Assembly (NCBI GenBank): GCA_964435035.1
Contig: CAYSXR010000002.1
Coordinates: 12,252 to 76,251, forward strand
Source of the DNA: an uncultured Gammaproteobacteria bacterium
GTDB lineage: Bacteria > Patescibacteriota > Patescibacteriia > Magasanikbacterales > UBA922
Direction of reading: 5' to 3'
Length of the DNA stretch: 64,000 nucleotides
Part shown: piece by piece, positions 57,776 through 64,000 of the stretch
Layout of the letters: each line of letters starts with the position of its first letter
Numbering within the stretch: position 1 is the first letter of the stretch
Notes under the pieces: generated by a model
Database searches by the model: none
Told to the model about the DNA's origin: nothing
Seen by the model: the letters and a program-made list of their open reading frames with translations, nothing else
Made by a program: the position numbers and the translations under genes

Positions 57776-57795
57776 ATGTTTACCCAATCAGTATG

Positions 57796-58197
57796 CTATT
57801 TAATTTTTGTTTTTTGAGTGTGAAATCTTTTTTCCATCCATCGGTAGATTCCAATAAATGCGCCCGTGCTTAGTATTGTAAAGAATGCCACCACTATATT
57901 GAATTCTGAGAAAAAAGCAGCAACGATTCCTCCAATCATGAGAATGTAGCTCCATGTTTTCATCTGCATTGCAGCAAAAAACATATTTGCGGCAGGGTCG
58001 GAGAGATGCCAGTATCGGTCGACGAGGAGGATGCTAACTCCAAAAATGAATATCCACATTGGTACTAGCATCGCACCGAGTGTTTCTTCGGGTATCGATG
58101 AACCGAATACTGCAAATGCGATGATTGCCCATACAAATGAAATGCCGAATGCGATTGCGCCTGCATAAAGCGCCTTTAGTCTAAACCAGATTAACAT
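57796..58197 (-). CDS. Small polytopic membrane protein
   Basis: Four predicted TM helices. Confidence 0.45.
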   Translation of the reverse strand: MLIWFRLKALYAGAIAFGISFVWAIIAFAVFGSSIPEETLGAMLVPMWIFIFGVSILLVDRYWHLSDPAANMFFAAMQMKTWSYILMIGGIVAAFFSEFNIVVAFFTILSTGAFIGIYRWMEKRFHTQKTKIK

Positions 58198-58239
58198 ATG
58201 GTATACTTAGAATACTTAATTTTTTAAATTGTGTAATCT

Positions 58240-58419
58240 ATGGAAGAAAAACCAGTTGCACCTTCGAGTAAAACTCGTTTGGTGTTCAGTATCATAGTAC
58301 TTGCGGTCGGTCTTATCATGCTTGGTACTATGGAAGCGAAGCAATGGGCTTGGGTCGTGACGGTGGTCGGCGCATTGTCGATTATGTACAACGTGTTTAT
58401 GATGAAAAAAGGGAAATAG
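58240..58419 (+). CDS. Small membrane protein (59 aa, 2 TM), hypothetical
   Basis: ATG-initiated ORF with two hydrophobic helices, followed by hairpin terminator AAAAATACGTACGTACTGTACGTATTTTTT. Confidence 0.3.
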   Translation: MEEKPVAPSSKTRLVFSIIVLAVGLIMLGTMEAKQWAWVVTVVGALSIMYNVFMMKKGK

Positions 58420-58464
58420 CCTTTTTTGTCTTTCGAAAAATACGTACGTACTGTACGTATTTTT

Positions 58465-59595
58465 TTAATATAATGCAATCCAGAGACCAAGTAGTACCAT
58501 CCCTGAATGCACGATCCAGAATCGCATTACGGTCTTTTCCTCGCTCCATCCGCGAATTTCAAAATGGTGATGGATGGGTGCCATAGAGAAAATGCGACGA
58601 CCAAGTGTGTGTCTGCCGATGATTTGAATCACGACGCTTATAAGTTCAGCAAAGAAGATAAATCCGAATAATGGGAGGAGGAGCATGTGATTGATGACAA
58701 TCGTATTGATCGCAAGGAGTGCTCCCAGTCCGAGTGAACCTACATCTCCCATCTGGAAACGTGCAGGTTTGATATTGAAATAGGTATATGCAATGAGTGC
58801 TCCTGCAACCATAGTATTTAGAATTGCAATTTCTTGGTAGCCCTGGAGCCAGCTTAGTACGCCGAGTGTTGAGAAGGTGACTAAGAGAGATCCTCCTGCA
58901 AGACCGTCCATTCCATCAGCTACGTTTACAGCATTTGCCGTAAACATAACAAAGAAAATAATAAGCGGAATAATCCAGATGCCGATATTTACAAATCCAT
59001 CAAATGGAATATGAATTTCTCTCCAGGTTTCGCCGAGTTTGAAATATACCCACCATGCGGTGATAGCACCTGCGATAAACTGCAATAATAATTTTTCATG
59101 TACATGAATACCACGACCTGGGTGTCTCGAGAGCCAGACTGAGGTGCGTTTGAACAGTGACCAGGGGAGTGTGATTGTATACCACACACGCATTTTCCAG
59201 TCATGGTGTACGTGAATGAGGCGGAATACTTGGCTTAGTTTTCTACTGCGACGTTTTTGTCCATAGATATTCATCACATCATCAATTCCTCCAAGGAGGG
59301 CTGACAAAAGCATTACTCCAATTGGTACCCAGGTGTATTTTCTCTCCCAATTAAAAATCATGGTAAGTATGGCGACCGTGACAATGACCAATAGGCCTCC
59401 CATCACGGGGACACCGGCTTTTCCTTTGCGAGCGCCCATCGCTAGGGTTGCGTCGTATTCGGGGCGTCGGGTGAGTTTGTATCGGTAGAGAATTTTGGTA
59501 AGCAGAGGTGCCCAAGCAAATGCGGCAAGGCAAGAGAGAAGTCCATAGCCTATGATGGAGCGTAGGAGATCGAGAGAAGATTCAGGAATTACCAT
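58465..59595 (-). CDS. mraY: Phospho-N-acetylmuramoyl-pentapeptide transferase
   Basis: Ten TM helices and MraY motifs NAVNVADGMDGLAGG and HHH. Confidence 0.85.
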   Translation of the reverse strand: MVIPESSLDLLRSIIGYGLLSCLAAFAWAPLLTKILYRYKLTRRPEYDATLAMGARKGKAGVPVMGGLLVIVTVAILTMIFNWERKYTWVPIGVMLLSALLGGIDDVMNIYGQKRRSRKLSQVFRLIHVHHDWKMRVWYTITLPWSLFKRTSVWLSRHPGRGIHVHEKLLLQFIAGAITAWWVYFKLGETWREIHIPFDGFVNIGIWIIPLIIFFVMFTANAVNVADGMDGLAGGSLLVTFSTLGVLSWLQGYQEIAILNTMVAGALIAYTYFNIKPARFQMGDVGSLGLGALLAINTIVINHMLLLPLFGFIFFAELISVVIQIIGRHTLGRRIFSMAPIHHHFEIRGWSEEKTVMRFWIVHSGMVLLGLWIALY

Positions 59596-59700
59596 AGTTT
59601 GTTAGTTTGTAGTCAGTAGAGAAAGCCAATGGTTGGTATAAAAAGAATGGCTTATTTAAGCCACTCCAGTCTACTGCAAAATAAGGAAAAATTCAAGTTA

Positions 59701-60360
59701 TTACGTATCTTTGATTTTTCTTCTTAGTTCATTGATATTTCTGAGGTCATTACCCATAATATTTTCTCTGGAAACTACGCCGGTTTGATCTACTGGCTGT
59801 TCTACCATTTTCATTACACATTCAATGAGGCAGTCTCGTAATCCTTGGCTACTCTCAGGTGAGATTTGATCTGGTGTAATTCCACGTTCTTTCATTGCTT
59901 GTTCAAGTGTTTCTTCGGTTATAATACCCTTGAATATATCTCTTTGAGCTTTTGGTGTGCCATATTCTTTTACTACTCCTTTAATAAAAGATAGTATTTC
60001 ATCAATTGTCAGGTTGTTTTCAGGGTCTTTTCCGATTTGTATTCTTTGTACTTGAGCCTCTTTGAGGAGATAGAGATGATCGTTTAGATCTTCAAAATTG
60101 TTTTTGTCGAATAGCTTGTCTATGGTGCGTACTGCGTGATCGAGTTCCTCAGTATGTACTGATTCTTGTTCCAATGTTGCACGGCGTATTTTTAATTTTT
60201 CTATTTCACGGTCTATTGCCTCTATGTCACTGTCTATTTCAAGAAGGTCTTTTTCAAAAGAGGATTGTATTTGTGTGTATGCAGATCTGTTTTCAGAGCC
60301 TACTGTTTGTCGTTTTTCTGCTGAACCACCCCAGAACGGACCTTTTTTAGATTCTGTCAT
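59701..60360 (-). CDS. Hypothetical coiled-coil protein
   Basis: Charged heptad-rich sequence with no recognisable motif. Confidence 0.45.
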   Translation of the reverse strand: MTESKKGPFWGGSAEKRQTVGSENRSAYTQIQSSFEKDLLEIDSDIEAIDREIEKLKIRRATLEQESVHTEELDHAVRTIDKLFDKNNFEDLNDHLYLLKEAQVQRIQIGKDPENNLTIDEILSFIKGVVKEYGTPKAQRDIFKGIITEETLEQAMKERGITPDQISPESSQGLRDCLIECVMKMVEQPVDQTGVVSRENIMGNDLRNINELRRKIKDT

Positions 60361-60364
60361 ATGT

Positions 60365-61135
60365 TTAAAATTTATTGATACGCTTTATGATTACTGTATC
60401 AGCCGACTTAAGGTATGTCCATGTTTCATTTTTCTCACCATTCTTTCCATCCTCAGTCCATTTTTGTTCAAGAATAGTTCCGTTTGGCTTGGTAATTTCA
60501 ATTGTACCTCGTCTGATACCTTTGGTGTATTTTCCTTCGCTTTTCCAGGTATATGAATGTGCATATTCTAGTGACTGTACTTTTTCTGAGTCGTCACGAG
60601 TGACTGAGGTAATAATAATTACATGATTGTAGTCATGTTGGGGTCCTCCGCCAAGTGAGATTATCAAATCGCTTGGTCTCACCTCAGCGAGAGAAATTTC
60701 GGTGGAATTTTCATGAAGTGTAGTTACTCCAGTATTTTCCGTTGTTCTGATTTTTGCAATCATTCTTCGGAGTAGTCTTTTTGATTTGAATGACAGTATT
60801 TTTTTGAGTGTTTTTCCTTTGGATTGAAGTTCTGCATCAAGAATGTAGTATGCAAAAGCAGAACAATCAAGTCCGATATGATGTTCGGTTAGAAATTTTA
60901 CGAGATCGCCTTCATTTAATTCATCGAGTTCAAACTTATCTCGAAGCGAGAGAATGCGTGCTTCGTCAGCAATTTCCAGAGGAGTTCCTTTTCCTACCAG
61001 TACTCGAAGTGCTCCCCGGAGATTGGTTGTGCGATTGTTGAAATAGGGGCAATTGATTGTTTTGTTTCCAATTTTGAGGTGTTCGTATGAATCGATCACT
61101 GCGAGTGCTTGGTCTGAAAGTTTTTTTGTAATCAT
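60365..61135 (-). CDS. Cytoplasmic NlpC/P60-like (papain-fold Cys-His) domain protein
   Basis: GLDCSAFAYYIL (Cys nucleophile context) and DLIISLGGGPQHDYNHVIIITSV (His context). No signal peptide. Confidence 0.4.
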   Translation of the reverse strand: MITKKLSDQALAVIDSYEHLKIGNKTINCPYFNNRTTNLRGALRVLVGKGTPLEIADEARILSLRDKFELDELNEGDLVKFLTEHHIGLDCSAFAYYILDAELQSKGKTLKKILSFKSKRLLRRMIAKIRTTENTGVTTLHENSTEISLAEVRPSDLIISLGGGPQHDYNHVIIITSVTRDDSEKVQSLEYAHSYTWKSEGKYTKGIRRGTIEITKPNGTILEQKWTEDGKNGEKNETWTYLKSADTVIIKRINKF

Positions 61136-61139
61136 AATT

Positions 61140-61248
61140 GCATTAATCCGTGTAAACCCGTGTTATCCGTTAAATCCGCGTTCTATTAAGTGAATGTTAT
61201 AGAATAGCACACGGATGACACGGATTTAACGGATTGGGACGGATTTTT
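61140..61248. repeat. ACGGAT-word palindromic intergenic element, copy 5
   Basis: Both arms present. Abuts the NlpC/P60-like start (61135) and the ATP-grasp stop (61247). Confidence 0.85.
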
Positions 61249-62467
61249 ATATTGAAATAATATCCTTAATCTCTATTCCGACATCGGTAAACTCCCTATC
61301 AGTTTCAATAATGCTTGTGTCTGATTGTATTCGTAATAGATCGCTATTGTGTTCAGTGTTATTATATGGAATCACTTTGAAATTTTTCTCTGTTAGTTTT
61401 TTTGACGCTTCTTCAAGTTGTGTAACGGATGTTATCTTTTTTGTTACTCGTTGAATAATCTGTGCTCCGTTAGAAATTTTTACGAGAGTCACTTCGTCCA
61501 ATGGTTCACCAAGTAGTGCATTCACATGTGCTTCAAGAACGGTGAGCGTACTTTCGTCTTTTTTAATCTTATTCTGTAGTTCGCTTTCGTGCGAAGTACT
61601 TGCTGGCTGACGTGCATTGATTTCTATCAGATACCATCGGCTTTCTTTGGTACTCCAGATTGCGTCGATTCCAAATAATCCGACCCAACCAAGGTTACGA
61701 AGTGTATTAGCCACCTCTCGTGCTATGAGATCATACGAAGTGCGTTCTGATTCATTTAATATGCGATAGGGAGCTCCCCAGTCATTTCCAATAGTAGCAA
61801 ATGCACTGTCAGTGAATGGTTTTATTCCCGTAATCTGATAGCTGATATTTCCAGTGAGTGTGGTGTCTTGTGCAACTACAATATTACTTGTAAACACCGG
61901 TCCTTCAATAAGTGGTGCAATTCGTGATTCACGTTTTGGAAATTGATTTTTTAGTTCATCTAATTTTTCTGCTGCATCAATAATCATTGTTCCACTTCCC
62001 GTGTGAGAATGATTAAATTGAAGTACAAAAGGTGTGTCTAGCCATTGAATTTCTTCAATTCTTTTTTTCTCATATCGGGGCATGAGTTCGCTTAATTTTT
62101 CAAGTGTGGTGAGCTGTGTAATTTTTTCTTCAAGCGAAGCTGCTAATTTTGATGCAGGATTTAGAAGCGTATATTCCATTTTTTTACACCATTTTTCTAT
62201 GAGCGATGTATTTTTGAATACAAGGATTTTTGGTGAGTCAAATGTGCTCAAAAGCTTTTCGGTTTCTTCATGAGCTAGTAGCTCGTGAGTATCAAGTGTA
62301 TTCGGGCTATCTATAAGGTGTATGCGGTCAGGGTATGCATTCTGAACTGACTTGGCAAACGGTGTTTCATTTGAGATAATGAAAATAGACGGAATGGTAA
62401 GGCATCCGATAGCGCGTTCGATGTCACGAGTGATATAGATGATTGTATTTTTGCCAACTTTTTTCAT
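61247..62467 (-). CDS. ATP-grasp domain protein (peptide/D-Ala-D-Ala-ligase-like)
   Basis: C-terminal ATP-grasp signature GLFGIDAIWSTKESRWYLIEINARQ. Unknown 190-aa N-terminal domain. Confidence 0.6.
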   Translation of the reverse strand: MKKVGKNTIIYITRDIERAIGCLTIPSIFIISNETPFAKSVQNAYPDRIHLIDSPNTLDTHELLAHEETEKLLSTFDSPKILVFKNTSLIEKWCKKMEYTLLNPASKLAASLEEKITQLTTLEKLSELMPRYEKKRIEEIQWLDTPFVLQFNHSHTGSGTMIIDAAEKLDELKNQFPKRESRIAPLIEGPVFTSNIVVAQDTTLTGNISYQITGIKPFTDSAFATIGNDWGAPYRILNESERTSYDLIAREVANTLRNLGWVGLFGIDAIWSTKESRWYLIEINARQPASTSHESELQNKIKKDESTLTVLEAHVNALLGEPLDEVTLVKISNGAQIIQRVTKKITSVTQLEEASKKLTEKNFKVIPYNNTEHNSDLLRIQSDTSIIETDREFTDVGIEIKDIISI

Positions 62468-62502
62468 AATTTAGACTCAAGCATACTATTTTTTCTTTCT
62501 AA

Positions 62503-63471
62503 TTGCAACGTATGGAAGCACTCGCACCAAAATTGAAACAGTACGGAAAAGTAAAAATAAGTGAACCATTATTCAAACATACGTCATTTAAAATTGGTGG
62601 GTCAGCTCGATTTTTTGTGTCTCCTGAAACACTAGAGAGTCATGTGGAACTGATGCAGTACCTCGATGGTATTGGAGTCTCATATGTGATTCTTGGTGGG
62701 GGGAGTAATATGCTTGCGCCAGATACTGGTTTTGACGGCGTGGTCATTCACCCTGAATACCAAGAAATTAAACGTGAAGGGTCCAAAGTTATTGCAGATG
62801 CCGGAGCGCTCACCGTGTCCGTTGCGCGATTTTCTATGAAAGAACAATTGACTGGTTTTGAGTGGGGAGTTGGGGTGCCTGGTACCATCGGTGGTGCGGT
62901 TCGCGGAAATGCAGGTGCGATGGGATTTGAAATGAAAGATTCGGTAACAAAAGTAACCATGTACCAAGATGGAGAAGTGATGGATTTTAATATTGAACAA
63001 TGTGCTTTTGAGTATCGATCAAGTATTTTTAAACGTAAAGGTGGAGTAGTCTTGCAAGTTACACTTGAGTTGGAACAAACAGAAAATAAAGAACTAATCA
63101 AACATGCACTTGAGTATCTTAATTACCGAAATTCTACTCAGCCTCAAGGCCATGCTTCGACTGGATGTATCTTCCAAAATCCTGATGTTGGTAAATACCG
63201 TCCTCAGTTAGTTGAGCATTTTGATAAATATAGCGAGCATGTACAGAAATTTCTATCACTGGGCAAGATCTCCGCGGGTTGGCTTATTGAACAAGCGGGG
63301 TTGAAAGGTGAACAGGTGGGGCAAGCACTGGTTTCTGAACAACATGGTAATTTTATTGTGAATTTAGGAGGTGCCACTTCTCACGATGTACGCACTCTTA
63401 TTGATAGAATCAAAGAAACGGTCTATACTAAATTTGGGATCACACTTGAGGAGGAAATATACACTTTTTAG
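62503..63471 (+). CDS. murB: UDP-N-acetylenolpyruvoylglucosamine reductase
   Basis: FAD-binding region (FKIGGSARFFV, ILGGGSN) and MurB C-terminal domain. Confidence 0.9.
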   Translation: MQRMEALAPKLKQYGKVKISEPLFKHTSFKIGGSARFFVSPETLESHVELMQYLDGIGVSYVILGGGSNMLAPDTGFDGVVIHPEYQEIKREGSKVIADAGALTVSVARFSMKEQLTGFEWGVGVPGTIGGAVRGNAGAMGFEMKDSVTKVTMYQDGEVMDFNIEQCAFEYRSSIFKRKGGVVLQVTLELEQTENKELIKHALEYLNYRNSTQPQGHASTGCIFQNPDVGKYRPQLVEHFDKYSEHVQKFLSLGKISAGWLIEQAGLKGEQVGQALVSEQHGNFIVNLGGATSHDVRTLIDRIKETVYTKFGITLEEEIYTF

Positions 63472-63499
63472 TCAATATTTTATTCTTAATCCGAATTGT

Positions 63500-63847
63500 A
63501 TGAACATTTCAATTCATGCTAATAGTACTGAGCTTACTGATGCGCTTCGTGAATATGCTGAAAAGAAAATGGAAGGTTTGGTAAAATATTTTGATGGTAT
63601 TACTCGGGTGGTTGTAGATATTGGACTTATTTCGACTCATCATCAAAAAGGTAAAATATTTTTTGCCGAGGCAAATGTACATCTTCCTCAGGGTAAAATG
63701 ATTCGCGTGAGAAAAGAAGCTGAAGATTTGTATAAAGCGATTGATAAAGTGAAAGATCATTTGAAAGTAGAACTTGATGAATTCAAGAGTAAGTTGCGAT
63801 CAAAAGATCGTGAAGTACTTCGGGATGTCAAAGGGTATCAGGAGTAG
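63500..63847 (+). CDS. hpf: Ribosome hibernation promoting factor (HPF/RaiA short form)
   Basis: MNISIHANSTELTDALREYAEKK is the typical sigma-54-modulation-protein N-terminus. Confidence 0.85.
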   Translation: MNISIHANSTELTDALREYAEKKMEGLVKYFDGITRVVVDIGLISTHHQKGKIFFAEANVHLPQGKMIRVRKEAEDLYKAIDKVKDHLKVELDEFKSKLRSKDREVLRDVKGYQE

Positions 63848-63849
63848 GT

Positions 63850-63876
63850 TTTTTTGGTTGTCTAGTTGTCTGGTTA
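63850..63876. repeat. GTCTGGTT / CTAGTT word repeat copy after hpf
   Basis: TTGGTTGTCTAGTTGTCTGGTT. Confidence 0.7.
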
Positions 63877-64000
63877 ATGACGTACTATGAAACGTGAAGG
63901 TGGAGAAAATGGTGGTGTAGGATTTGAATCAAAATTTAGAGAAGGTGAAACAGAATTTCAGAAAGTTCTTTTTGATGTTGCACGAAGTGCACATTATCTA

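Noticed and set aside
57710-57787. N-terminal extension of the Ate/Bpt-like ORF (MGKHNKINNKYNPSQSVKSVSSVFYS)
   Set aside because: It translates the intergenic ACGGAT element. The true start was taken at the ATG at 57709.
61247-62467. Calling the ATP-grasp protein D-Ala-D-Ala ligase (ddl)
   Set aside because: The C-terminal ATP-grasp signature is generic. The N-terminal region lacks the Ddl GGxSxE motif and is 190 aa of unknown type. It was kept as a generic ATP-grasp protein.
1-64000. Alternative genetic code (UGA=Gly, as in Gracilibacteria/SR1)
   Set aside because: Long conserved genes (uvrA 854 aa, Clp-like 923 aa, pyrG, glyA) are intact with TGA as a stop. The standard code fits.
1-64000. 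CRISPR arrays, tRNA or rRNA genes
   Set aside because: No regularly spaced repeat-spacer array was found. The repeat families are irregular word repeats at gene boundaries. No T-arm (GGTTCGAATCC-like) or anticodon-stem cloverleaf was found in the intergenic regions examined.
63887-64000. Partial plus-strand ORF at the window end (MKREGGENGGVGFESKFREGETEFQKVLFDVARSAHYL...)
   Set aside because: Only 38 codons are visible and I could not recognise the family with confidence, so no call was made.

Overview
This window is a 64-kb stretch of a low-GC (~35-38%) bacterial chromosome in the standard genetic code. Gene content and style (small genes, weak Shine-Dalgarno use, reduced dcw cluster, many Nudix genes, short UvrC, bacterial Elp3) point to a Patescibacteria/CPR-like organism.

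Housekeeping genes present: uvrA, uvrC, mraZ-rsmH-ftsL (partial dcw cluster), recR-ybaB, dnaB, rplU, rplI, era, pyrG, glyA, tsaE, rarA, murA, murB, hpf.

A roughly 17-kb cell-envelope glycan locus lies at about 19.9-36.3 kb. It carries a GT4 gene, two large GT-C-like membrane proteins, a CDP-alcohol phosphatidyltransferase, rfbB, rfbD, an RmlC/FdtA-like cupin, rfbA, a SIS isomerase and four tandem GT2 genes.

A second peptidoglycan-related operon lies on the minus strand at 55.6-62.5 kb. It runs Mpl/MurC-like ligase, Bpt/Ate-like aminoacyl-tRNA-protein transferase, MraY, an NlpC/P60-like protein and an ATP-grasp protein, with murB divergent from it.

The most unusual features are:

- Five compact high-GC (~55-60%) gene cassettes sit in intergenic gaps between conserved housekeeping genes. 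Each has its own sigma70-like promoter, a strong AGGAGG ribosome-binding site, one or two small ORFs and its own terminator. Their coordinates are 5.09-6.12 kb, 15.46-16.11 kb, 29.10-30.05 kb, 49.29-50.14 kb and 53.06-53.50 kb. One of them is flanked by 35-bp direct repeats.
- Several families of short intergenic word repeats are present, including a ~100-bp palindromic element built from helically phased ACGGAT words that occurs five times, always hard against start codons.
- A GIY-YIG nuclease gene is bounded by perfect 28-bp terminal inverted repeats.
- A LysW-like zinc-ribbon micro-ORF sits immediately upstream of that GIY-YIG element.
- A ~180-nt candidate sRNA lies upstream of dnaB.
- A membrane-anchored ClpC-like ATPase with a degenerate first AAA+ module sits where ftsI normally lies in the dcw cluster.

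No rRNA, tRNA or CRISPR array was recognised.
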